This document shows, in pieces, positions 41,086-52,907 of a DNA stretch of 64,000 nt. Positions within the stretch are counted from its first letter, which is position 1. Every line of letters starts with the position of its first letter. The notes under the pieces are model-generated. The model was not told the origin of the DNA. It saw nothing but the letters and a program-made list of their open reading frames with translations, and ran no database searches. Location of the stretch: contig CAVYWK010000024.1 in NCBI GenBank assembly GCA_963772255.1, forward strand, positions 340,992 through 404,991, in the 5' to 3' direction. This DNA comes from an uncultured Acidobacteriota bacterium. Its GTDB lineage: Bacteria > Acidobacteriota > UBA4820 > DSQY01. The position numbers and the translations under genes were made by a program.

Positions 41086-44000
41086 ATGAGATGGCGAAAT
41101 GTCCTGTTGGTGAGCCTGGTTCTGGCCTTGCTGGTGCTTCCGGCGTTCGGCGCTCAGCCCACGCGGAAGGCGCCCAAGACCGAAGTGTCCTATCCGGTGG
41201 CCGTGGCCTCCTCGCCGGCCTTCCGGGACCTTCCGGTGGACAACAAGGAAGTGGCAGTGGGGACGAGCCCCAATCGGATCATCCCCAACCCCCAACTGAA
41301 CAAGACGAACGCACCGGAGGCTCCCGAAGCCTTCGGGGTGGACGCCGCTCTGCAATACCGGCACGGGAACGCGCCGGCGCCGAGCCCCCTCATCAGCTTC
41401 GACGGTATCAACAACATCGCGGGCGTGGCGCCTCCGGACACCCAGGGCGACATCGGCCCCGACCACTATGTGCAGTGGGTCAACTCCCACATCGCCGCGT
41501 GGAGCATCAACCGCTCCACCTGGACGCCCACGCTGGTCCTGGGCCCGGTGGCGGGCAACACGATCTGGACCGCCCTGGGCGGTCAGTGCGCCTCGGACAA
41601 CTGGGGCGATCCCATCGTGCTGTGGGACCGCTTCAGGAACCGTTGGGTCATCAGCCAGTTCTCCCTCGGTCCGAGCGCCAACGGTCCCTCCAAGACGGCC
41701 ATCGCCGTGTCCAAGACCACCGACCCCACGGGGGCCTGGTGGCTCTACTGCTTCGACTACAGCCCCACCACCATGAACGACTATCCCAAGTTCGGGGTGT
41801 GGCCGGACGGGTACTACTACACCTGCAACCAGTTCCTGAACTTCGCCTCCTGGGGCGGTGCAGGCCTGTGCGTGTTCGAAGCGGACAAGATGATCACGGG
41901 CGACCCCACGGCCCGCCAGCTCAAGATCGACCTGGGCGCCGTGAGCCTCAACTACGGCGGCATCCTGCCCGCGCACTTCGAGGGCACGGACGACCCGCCG
42001 GCCGGCTCGGGGTACTTCGTTGAGGTGGACGACAGCGCCTGGATGAGCCCGCCCTTGGCGCAGGACTCCATCTCGCTGTGGAAGGCCCATGTCAACTGGA
42101 CCGCCGGCACCTTCACCGTGGGGGTGGGCGGACTGCCCGACCTGACGATCCCGGTGACGGACTTCACGCCCCTGTGCACGAGCACCCGCTCCTGCATCCC
42201 GCAGCCGCCGGGCGGTGAGAACCTGGACGCCATCGGCGACCGGGGTATGTACCGCTGCCAGTACCGCAACTTCGGCAGCTACGAGGCCATGACTTTCAAC
42301 CTCACGGTGAATGCGGGAAGCGGAGTCGCCGGCATCCGGTGGTTTGAACTCCGCAAGGACAGCGGGCACCCGGACTGGTACCTGTACCAGGAGGGGACCT
42401 ACGCCCCCACCGACGGAATCAACCGCTGGATGGGCAGCGCGGCCCAGGACCACATGGGCGACCTGTGCGTCGGCTACAGCATGTCCAGCAGCTCACTCAA
42501 GCCGTCCATCGGGTACGCGGGCCGCCTGGCGGGCGACCCGGTGGGGACCCTGCCGCAGTCCGAAGTGGTGCTCCACAACGGGCCAGGCGTGCAGAACACG
42601 GGTTACAGCCGCTGGGGCGACTACAGCACCATGAGCGTTGACCCGGTGGACGACTGCACCTTCTGGTACACGCAGGAGTATGTGGAAGCCACGGGCGGCT
42701 GGGACTGGGCCACCCGCATCGGCGCCTTCAAGTTCGGCTCCTGCTCCGTCGGTCCCACGGGAACGCTGAGCGGCACGGTGACCGACTCGGCAACGACCCT
42801 CCCCATCGCCGGCGCCACGGTGAGCGCCACCAACGGCACCATCACCGTGAACGCCACCACGGGGGGAACCGGCGCCTACAGCATGACCCTGCCCATCACG
42901 CCGCCCACCTACTCGGTGACGGCGAGCGCCTTTGGATACACGCCCGCCAATGTGGCCGGCATCGCCATCACCACCGGCGGCACCACCACCCAGGACTTCG
43001 CGCTCGGCGGGGCCACCAGCTACCTGGTTTCCGGTACGGTGACGGATGTGAATACCGGCTGGGGCCTCTACGCCAACGTGACCATCACGGCCTCCGGCTG
43101 GGCGGGCACCACGATCCAGACCAACCCCACCACGGGCGCCTACGCCATCAGCCTCGTGGGCGGGGCCACCTACAACTTCAGCGTGGCCTCCATCGTCCCC
43201 GGGTACACCACGGGTGCGGCGACCGTGGGTCCGCTCGGGGCTCCGGCGACCCAGAACTTCCCGCTGGACGTCAACAGCTGCGGTGCGCCGGGATACACGA
43301 TGTCCTTCAGTGAGAACTTCGATGGCGTAACCGCCCCGGCCCTCCCTGCGGGTTGGGCAGCTGTCAACGCCTCGGGTGGTGGCGCCCTCTGGGTTACGAG
43401 CACAACCACTCCCTACTCGGCGCCCAACGACGCCTTCGTGGACAACCCCGCCGCCGTCAGTGACAAGCGACTCGATACGCCTGCCATCGCCGTCACCAGC
43501 GCTGCGGCGCAAGCGATCTTCCGGAACTCCTACGATCTGGAGAGCGGATACGATGGCGGCGTGCTGGAGATCTCGATTGGAGGAGGGGCCTTCACGGACA
43601 TCCTCACTGCGGGCGGGTCCTTCGCCGGCGGTGGATACAACGGCACCATCAGCGGTAGCTTCAGCAACCCCCTCGCAGGGCGATCAGCCTGGACGGGCAA
43701 CTCGGGTGGTTACATCCTGACGACCGTGAACCTGCCGGCCTCGGCCAACGGCCAAAACGTGGTCCTGCGCTTCCGGATGGGAAGCGACACCAGCGTCTCA
43801 AAGCCGGGCTGGCGCATCGACAACCTGACAACGGGGCAGTGCGCTCCCCCACCGGGCGGGCTCATCGTGGGCTTCGTGAAGGACGCCGCGACGACGAACG
43901 CCATTTCCGGGGCTACGGTGGTGAACGCCACCACGGCCTTCACCGGTTCTTCCAACGCCCAAGGCTTCTACGCCGTGTACGCCGCGGTCGGGGCCAACAA

Positions 44001-46817
44001 CCTCACGGCCAGCAAGCCCACCTACCAGGACGGCACGGCGACGGTGACGGGCGTGGCTCACGCTACGGTCCAACGCGACTTCAACCTCTCCAGCGCCCTG
44101 CAGTACACCCTCTCGGGCACGGTGACGGACGCCACCACGGGCTGGCCGCTCTACGCGACGCTGGTGTTCAGCGCCTCCGGCTTGCCCACTGTGACCGCCT
44201 ACACCAACCCGGTGACGGGCGCCTACAGCGCCACGATTTACGGCGGCACGGTCTACAACGTGGCCGGCACGGCCTGGGCGCCGGGTTATACACCCCTGGC
44301 CACCACCGTGGGACCCATCGCGGGCAACACGACGCAGAACTACACCATGGCGGCCGATCTGACGATCCTGCGCGGCTCCGGGCTACACCTCCGCCAACGT
44401 GTTCCAGAACTTCGACGGCGTCACACCGCCCGCCCTTCCTGCCAACTGGGCGATGGTTCGCACGGGCGGTGCGAGCACCTCCACGGCCTGGGCATCGAGG
44501 GTCGGAACGCGCTATCCTTCAGGCTTACCCCGCTTACAGCGGGCCCAACGTGGTGTTCTTCAACTCCTTCTCCGTGAGTACGGACAACAGCGCCCGCCTT
44601 TACTACACCGTGCCTGTTAATCTCACCGTGGTTGCTCCCTCGCTCTCGTTCTACATGTTCCATGACACCGGCTATTCATCGAGCAACGACCGGGTGCAGG
44701 TCGAGGTTTCCGTGGACGGCGGTGCCAACTGGCAACCTGTGGGCAGCCCCATCTCCAGGTACCTGGCGGCCAGCAACGCCTGGTCCCAGCACACCGTCGC
44801 CCTCACCGGATTCACCGGGCCCAACACCTCCGTCCTGGTGGGCATCAACGCCATCAGCGCATACGGGAACGACATCCACCTGGACAGCATTCTGATTGGC
44901 AATCCAGGTTGCTCGGCCCCGGCTGGCGGCGGTCTCATCGTGGGCAACGTCTACGACGCCAACACGAACATGGCCCTCAACGGCGCCACGGTGAACAACA
45001 CGACCACGGGCCGGTCGGCCCTCGCGGCCGCTACGCCGGATCCGAACCTGGACGACGCGTTCTACTGCCTGTACGGGCCCGACGGCGCGAACCTCATGAA
45101 CGCCATGGCCCCCCTGTACAGCACGGACAACGAGACCGCCACGGTGCCCCACTACGGCGCCGTCAGGCGGGACTTCCACCTCCCCGTGGGGCGCCTGTCC
45201 GCCACGCCCACGAGCCTGGAATTCACCATGCCAACCAACACCACGGGCCAGCAGACCTTCGACCTGAGCAACATCGGCGGCGGCATCCTGGGCTTCACCC
45301 TCACCGAGTCCGCCGGTCACCCCGCGGCCCCGCAGTGGGACCTCTACGCCGCCAAGGACGCCAAGCCCGAAGGCTGGGCCAAGGGCAACATGCTCACGGC
45401 GTTCAAGAAGAAGCCTGCCGAGTCCCCACGCCTGAGCAGCTCCGCCGACGCCCGTCGCATCGTGCTCGAGTCAGGCAAGAGCGACGGCAGCGACTTCGAT
45501 GCTGCCCCAGCTCCCGCCGACGCATGGCCGCCGTCGGGTCCGATCCAGCTCTACCTCGACGACAACTCCTACGACAACGCGCTCGGTCTGACGGCTGGCG
45601 GATCGTTCGTGTGGTTCAACCGGTTCACCCCGAACCCCGCGGACTTCCCCTTCGTTCTGGACCAGATCAGCCTGATCTTCTTCACCGCCGTTCCCGTGGG
45701 GAGCGACATGGAGATCCTGGTGTACTCCGACCCCGACGGCGATCCCACCAACGGCGCCACGTTCCTCTACTCGCAGAACGTGACGGTGCAGACCAGCGAC
45801 GCCGCCACCTGGAACAATTACGCCCTGACGACCCCAGTTCCGTGCAACGGCCCCGGCGACGTCCTTATCGCCGTGGTGAACCGTGGAGCGACAGGCGTAG
45901 GCGCAGTTCCCCGGCCGCCATGGATCAGACGACCTCGGCCGGCCGCTCCTGGGTCGGGTTATACACCGGTGCCGTTCCCGACCCGCCGACCTTCCCGGCC
46001 GATGACACATTCACTACCGTGGACAGCATCGGCTTCCCCGGGAACTGGATGATCCGGGCCAGCGGCGGCGCCGGGGATGTGCCCTGGCTCGACGAAAACC
46101 CGAAGACCGGTCCGCTCAATCCCGGCGAGACCCAGACCATCACGGTGGACTACAACTCCGCGGGCCTGGCTGCCGCCGAGTACCTGGCCACCATCAACTG
46201 CGCCCAGGACACCCCCTACGGCCCCGTCCCGGTCCCCGTCACCCTGAACGTCTGGGCGCCGGTGGCCGCCGGCGCACCTCTCACGGGCGTGGCCCCCTTG
46301 GCGGTCTCCTTCACGGGGACCATCACCAACCCCGTGGGCGCCTTCACCTACGACTGGAACTTCGGCGACGGCAGCCCGCATTCCACGGCCCAGAACCCGA
46401 CCCACACCTACAACATCGGAGGCACCTTCACGGTGACCTTCACGCGCCACGGACTCCTTCGGCCACACGGCCTCCGACAACCACCTCTCGGTGACCGTGA
46501 CGGCGCCGGGGGCCCCGCTGGTCTACAACTTCTACGACGACGCGGGCCGCTCGCGGCTGTGCGTGAACCGCCTCACGGGGTTCTACGTGTGGGAGATCCT
46601 CACGGGTCCGGGCGCGGGTAATACCTACACGGGCACGGCGAACATCGTGAACGGCGGCACGAAGATCTACAGCAAGACCAGTGACCCGAACTACCTGAAC
46701 TGCACCTACGACCCGATCAAGAAGAGGGCGTCGGGGTACTACAACGTCGCGGCCGGGCCCTATTACAGCCGGCTGACGGACCTGAACACCACCAACAACC
46801 CGCCCGGCTGCTACTGA
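41086..46817 (+). CDS. G7: giant secreted protein (shared N-domain + CarboxypepD_reg-like repeats + 2 jelly-roll domains + PKD + conserved CTD); at least 4 frame disruptions
   Basis: Signal peptide MRWRNVLLVSLVLALLVLPAFGA. Coding sense passes through ORFs 40978..44577, 44399..44620, 43839..46052, 44909..46621 and 46491..46817. The last shift is an extra c at about 46443 relative to G8 (ttcacgcgcc vs ttcagcgcc). Confidence 0.7.
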
Positions 46818-46832
46818 GCGGTGGGTGACAAC

Positions 46833-46902
46833 GGCGGGTGAATAATCCGCCGGGAACACGGGCGCGGGGTTCCTGCCACGGCAGGGGCCCCGCGCCTTCA
46901 TT
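46833..46902 (+). terminator. Dual-hairpin 3' element of G7
   Basis: ggcgg-gtgaataat-ccgcc, then gggcgcgggg-ttcctgccacggcagg-ggccccgcgcc. Confidence 0.75.
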
Positions 46903-47570
46903 AGTGAGGAGTGAGGAGTGAAAAGTTAAAAGTTAAAGAGCAAAAGGAAAAGGGAAAAGGCGAAGTGAGGGCCAAGCTCCTGGCGGGAAGCCAACACCTT
47001 CTGGGCGGGTGGGGCGAATGTGAAGAGGGCGCCTTCGTCTCGGCAGTGAAGCGGAGGTAGGGCCGGGGGCTCCACGAGCAGGTCTATTGCAATCACAATG
47101 CATAACTTGTTTGACTCAAGGGCAGGAGACTGCGAAAGTATCTTCCGTGGGCGAGAAATTGAGATCTTGAAGCCATGCTGGCGCTGTGAGGGATCAGCGC
47201 TTGTTGTGTTTCCGCTGATGGAAAGACCGGCTGGACCCCGAGAGGGGTTTGTGTTTGGCTTTTGTGCCAGAGAGAGCCGCTCGCAAGCCCAACCGCAAGG
47301 GGACATGCCGCTTACGGGGGTTGGGGCGTAGGACGCATCGGCCCGAACCCGTGGTTCAGGAGAGTCTCATTCGGCGGGAGGGAAATGAAGCTCCAGGAGT
47401 GACTACGAGCCCGTCGAGAAGCACCTGGGCTCGGACGATTTCGGTGGGGCCGCGGGGCCTGAAGGCGCCGCAACCCGCGAAAAGGAGGCAAGCTCGGCAA
47501 CCAGGTCGCTGTGAGGGATGGTGACGCGAGGGATCACGAGGAAGAGGAATGTGTCATAAGGGGTCTGACT

Positions 47571-50500
47571 ATGAGATGGCGTTCTGTACTGTTGGTTAGC
47601 GTGATTCTGGCACTGCTGGTTCTGCCGGCTTTCGGCGCCCAGCCCAGTCGGAAGGCGCCCAAGGCCGAAGTGTCCTATCCGGTGGCCGTGGCCTCGTCTC
47701 CGGCCTTCCGCGACCTTCCGGTGGACAACACGGAAGTCACCGTGGGGACCAGTCCCAATCGGGTCATCCCCAATCCCCAGCTCAACAAGACGGGCGCGAC
47801 GAGCGCACCGGAGGCGCCCTTCGACGTGGACCAGGTGCTGCAGTACAAGCACGGCAACGCGCCTGCCCCTAGCCCTCTAATCAGCTTCGACGGTATCAAC
47901 AACCTCGCGGGCGTGGCCCCTCCGGACACCCAGGGCGACATCGGCCCCGATCACTACGTTCAGTGGGTCAATCTCCACCTCGCCGCGTGGAGCATCAACC
48001 GCTCCACATGGACACCCACGCTTGTACTGGGTCCCGTGGCGGCGAATAGCATCTGGACCTCCCTGGGCGGTGATTGCGCAACGACCAACGACGGCGATCC
48101 CATCGTGCTGTGGGACCGCTTCCGTAGCCGCTGGGTCATCAGCCAGTTCGCCCTGCCCAATTACCCAAGCGGTCCCTCCAAGACGTCCATCGCCGTGTCC
48201 AAGACCGCGGACCCCACGGGGGCGTGGTGGCTCTACTGCTACGACTACAGCCCTACCACGATGAACGACTACCCCAAGTTTGGCGTCTGGCCGGACGGGT
48301 ATTACTACACCTGCAACCAGTTCCTCAACTTCTCCTCCTGGGGCGGTGCCGGCCTCGTGGTGTTCGAGGCCGACAAGATGATCAACGGCGACCCCACGGC
48401 CCGCCAGCTCAAGATCGACCTGGGCGCCGTAAGCCTGAACTATGGAGGCGTCCTGCCGGCGCACTTCGAGGGTACCAATAACCCGCCCGCGGGCTCGGGG
48501 TACTTCGTGGAGGTGGACGACAGCAGCTGGATGAGCCCGCCCTTGGCGCAGGACTCCATCTCGCTGTGGAAGGCCCACGTGGACTGGACCACTCCCAGCT
48601 TCACAGTGGGCGTGGGCGGACTGCCCGATCTGACCATCCCCGTGACGAACTTCACCCCCCTGTGCATCGGGAACCGGAACTGCATCCCGCAGCCTGGGAC
48701 CACCCAGAGGGTGGACGCCATCGCGGACCGGGGCATGTATCGGCTCCAGTACCGGAACTTCGGCACCTACGAGGCCATGGTCTTCAACATCACGGTGGAC
48801 AGCGGCTCGGCGGTGGCCGGGGTCCGGTGGTTTGAGCTCCGCAAGGACAGCGGGCACCCGGACTGGTACCTTTACCAGGAGGGGACCTACGCCCCCGCCG
48901 ACGGCAAACACCGCTGGATGGGCAGCGCGGCCCAGGACCACATGGGCGACCTGTGCATCGGTTACAGCCTCTCCGACGGCACGGCCACCTATCCCTCCGT
49001 GGGCTACGCGGGCCGTCTGGCGGGCGATCCGCTCGGCACTCTGCCCCAGTCCGAAGTGATTCTCCACGCCGGCGCGGCGTCGCAGACGGGCGTGAACCGC
49101 TGGGGCGACTACAGCAGCATGAGCATCGATCCCGTGGACGACTGCACCTTCTGGTACACGCAGGAATACTCCACGGGCGGATGGGATTGGGCCACGCGCA
49201 TCGGCGCGTTCAAGTTCGGCACGTGCTCCATCGGGCCCACGGGGACGCTGAGCGGCACGGTGGTGGATGCGGGCTCGCTTGCCCCCATCTCCGGCGCCAC
49301 GGTGACGGCAGTGGGTACGGTCAGGGCTTCGGCCACCACGGGTCCCACGGGCGCTTACACCCTCACGCTCCCCGTGGACACCTACAACGTGACGGGCGCG
49401 GCCTTCGGCTTCAACCCGGTGACGGTGAACGGCATCGCCATCACCAACGGCGTCACCACGACCCAGAACTTCTCCCTCGCGGCCGCGGGTAGCCACACCA
49501 TCACGGTGACAACCAATGATGGCACTACGACCTGGCCCCTCTACTCTCGAATCGACATGACGGGCGACATGGGCTATCCGGGCGGCACCTTCTGGACCGA
49601 CCCGCTCACAGGCACCTGGGGGCCCTTCCCCTTCGTGGACGGCGTGACCTACCACGGCGTCGTGACGCCGCTCTATCCCGGCTACGGTACGGGCTCGTTC
49701 ACGACCCCGCCTCTCAGCAACAACTTCAGCGCCGGATATGGTTTCGGTGGTGACGGCAGCTGCACCGCTCCGGGGTACGTGCTCTCGGGCGGGCTCAGCC
49801 AGGATTTCGAAGTGATGCCTCCCCCGGGCTGGACGGTTGTGAATAACGTCGGCGGTGGTCTCATCTGGAACTCGGACACCTCTTACGGCGATACCAACTA
49901 CACGGGCGGCACGGGTCACGCCGCCGACGTGAACAGCGATGCCAACTCGGGTGTCCCCTACGACACCGAGCTTCGCACGCCTGCCATGAACTTCACGACC
50001 TTCTCCGGTACGACCCTGACCTACAGGCTGAACTACCAGGACATCACGGCGTATGACGCCCTGGATGTGAACCTGAGCACGGACGGCGGCGCCACCTGGC
50101 CCGTGGTCCTCCGCCACTTCACCACCGACCAGGGCAGCCTCTACGCGGGACCGGGCGTCTCCGATTCCATCGACCTCTCCGCCTATGCCGCCCAGACCAA
50201 CGTCATGATCCGCTGGCGGTACTACACCTCCGAATCCAGTCCCTGGGATTGGTACGCTCAGATCGATCAGGTTCGCATCGGAACACCCGGCTGCACGGCC
50301 CCCGCCACCGGCGGTATCATCGTCGGCCAGGTGAACGACGCCAACACGGCCGGCCCCGTCACGGGCGCCACCGTGACCAACACGACCACTACCACGGTCG
50401 TCACGGCCCAGGCCACGCCCGATCCCGCCGTGGGCGACGCCTTCTACTGCGCCTTCGCCAACACGGGCAACGTCCTGAACGCCGCCAAGGCGCTCTACGG

Positions 50501-52419
50501 CACGGACACCACCACGGCGGGAGCCTTCCCGGCGAGCCGCATCCTCGCGCACGACTTCGCGCTCACGTCCGGACACCTCACGGCGACGCCCGCGAGCCTC
50601 GAATACGCCACGCCCACCAACGCGACGGGCTTCCAGACCCTGACGCTGAACAACATCGGTGCCGCGCCCGTGAATTGGACCGTCTCGGAGGCCATGGGTC
50701 ATCTGGCCAAGCCGAGCGGGAACCTCTTCGCGTGCCTGGCACCCCAGGCCGGGTCCAGCAAGATCGACCGGATGAACATCCTGGCGGCCGAGGAGGCCAG
50801 GGAACGGATTCGAGGGTCGGGAGGACCGTCCCAAGGACGAGAAGATCGCACCCCCGAGCAAGGACAAGACCGAAAAGCCTGAAGCACCCCACCAGTCCGC
50901 AGATGCCCCTCGGTCTTCCGGCATTGCGGATCATGCCCCGCCGGCCGCGGCACCCTACGCCGCGGGGGATGTCCTGGGAAGCTGGCCCAGCGGTCTCAGC
51001 ATGGCGTGGGGCATCGCCTTCGACGGCGCCGACAATACCGTGTGGGTCGGTTCCCCCGCTCCCTCCTGGGGCGGTAACGACACCATGTACGAGTACACGC
51101 CGGCGGGCACCGCGACGGGCCGCACCTATCCCTTCAGCTGGGCGCACTCGAACGGTCCCGGGGACTTTGCCTACGACTGGAACACCGGGAACATCTGGGT
51201 CATGAACATCAACACCGGGGTGAGCAACTGCATCTTCGAGGTGAACCCGGCCACCGGCCCCACGGGCGCTTCCATCTGCCCGGGCGGCGGTACGGGCTTC
51301 GCCACCTCCGAGCGCGGCATCGCCTACGACCCCGTCACGGATACCTTCTATGCGGGTGGCTGGAACACGCTGGCCATCACCCACTTCGACGCCAGCGGGA
51401 CCATCCTCGGCACGACCTCCGTGGGCCTCGAGATCTCTGGCCTCGCCTACAACCCCACCACCCAGCACCTCTTTGCCCAGACCAATTCGAGCCCGAACCT
51501 CATCTACGTGCTGGACGCGGCCAACAACTACGCGGTTCTTGGCTCGTTCGCGGTGGCCGGATTCGGAGACTACTCCGGAGCGGGCCTGGAGATCGACTGC
51601 AACGGGCACCTGTGGGCGGCGAACCAGGTCGATGCGAACATCTACGAGATCGACTCGGGCGAGGCCGCCTCGCTGTGCGGTATCCCCTGGCTGGACGAGA
51701 CACCCCTGAGCGGGACGGTGGCCGCCGGCGGCAGCCAGGATGTGACCGTGAGCTACGACTCCACGGGCATGGCGACGGGCATCTACCTCGCCACGCTGGT
51801 CTTCGGCAACGACACGCCTTACGGCTCGCTCAATGTTCCGGTCACCATGAACGTGTGGGAACCGGTGGCCGCCGGCGCGCCTCTCACGGGCCAAGCTCCG
51901 GTACCCGTGGCCTTCACCGGGACCATCACCAACCCCCTGGGAGCCTATACCTACGACTGGGATTTCGGGGACGGCAGCCCGCATTCCACGGCCCAGAACC
52001 CGACCCACACCTACAACATCGGAGGCACCTTCACGGTGACCTTCAGCGCCACGGACTCCTTCGGCCACACGGCCTCCGACAGCCACCTCTCGGTGGTCAT
52101 CACGGCGCCTGCGGCCCCGGTGGTCTACAACTTCTACGACGACGCGGGCCGCTCGCGGCTGTGCGTGAACCGGATCACCGGTGCCTACAGCTGGGAGATC
52201 CTCACGGGACCGGGCGCGGGTAATACCTACACGGGCACGGCGAACATCGTGAACGGCGGCACGAAGATCTACAGCAAGACCAGTGACCCGAACTACCTGA
52301 ACTGCACCTACGACCCGATCAAGAAGAGGGCGTCGGGGTACTACAACGTCGCGGCCGGGCCCTATTACAGCCGGCTGACGGACCTGAACACCACCAACAA
52401 CCCGCCCGGCTGCTACTAG
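47571..52419 (+). CDS. G8: giant secreted protein (shared N-domain + Ig/CarboxypepD_reg-like + jelly-roll + propeller-like + PKD + conserved CTD); 1 frame disruption near 50795
   Basis: Signal peptide MRWRSVLLVSVILALLVLPAFGA. ORF 47511..50882 is followed by the frame of ORF 51001..52419, which is open from 50776 and encodes a linker (PGNGFEGREDRPKDEKIAPPSKDKTEKPEAPHQ...). Alternative: two separate genes. Confidence 0.7.
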
Positions 52420-52434
52420 GCGGAGGGTGACGAC

Positions 52435-52510
52435 GGCGGGTGAGTGACCCGCCGGGAACACGGGGCGCGGGGTTCCTGCCACGGGCAGGGGCCCCGCGCC
52501 TTTTCCTTTC
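52435..52510 (+). terminator. Dual-hairpin 3' element of G8
   Basis: ggcggg-tgagtga-cccgcc, then ggggcgcgggg-ttcctgccacgggcagg-ggccccgcgcc + tttt. Confidence 0.8.
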
Positions 52511-52797
52511 TGGCGCGCCGAGGGGCCCCAATTCCGCTATGGGAGCAAGTGAAAGCGGCGAAAAAAGGAAGGGCCACTGCGTTTCAAGCCGCCGTGCACC
52601 TATCAAGGGATTGGGGGTGCCTCCGAGCCTGCTGAGGAGGCTCCAAGGGTGGGGTGGGGTCCCCCCGGCGGGCTTTGCCCGCGGGGCGGGGAGGGAATGG
52701 CCCTCCCCGCCATGGAGGCCAAGCGGTTTAATCCCATAGCCTCCCAGTTTCCGAAGGTAAGACAATTCCATCGCTGAATTTGGGTGGGCCCCTTCCA

Positions 52798-52827
52798 TTG
52801 ACAATCGGACGCCCTCCTCTCTATGCT
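52798..52827 (+). promoter_or_regulatory. Putative sigma-70 promoter of G9
   Basis: TTGACA-N18-TATGCT, about 80 nt upstream of the ATG. Confidence 0.35.
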
Positions 52828-52907
52828 TGGCCGAATCGGGCTCTTGAGGCGCCCGGTCGGGTCAGCGGGTACGCCTGTCAAGAGGACCCGCACGAGGGAG
52901 GGGTGTC

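Noticed and set aside
47098-47524. Short ORFs in the long leaders upstream of G7 and G8 (for example 47098..47331 and 47249..47524) and in 52440-52900.
   Set aside because: They have no RBS, no recognisable motifs and overlapping alternative frames. The regions behave as non-coding leaders with partial paralog conservation that does not respect codon phase.
50776-51001. G8 as two separate genes (47571..50882 and 51001..52419).
   Set aside because: The downstream frame is open from 50776 and encodes a plausible low-complexity linker. The 51001 product would lack a signal peptide although it carries extracellular PKD and CTD modules, and no RBS precedes 51001. This is kept as an alternative in the feature note.
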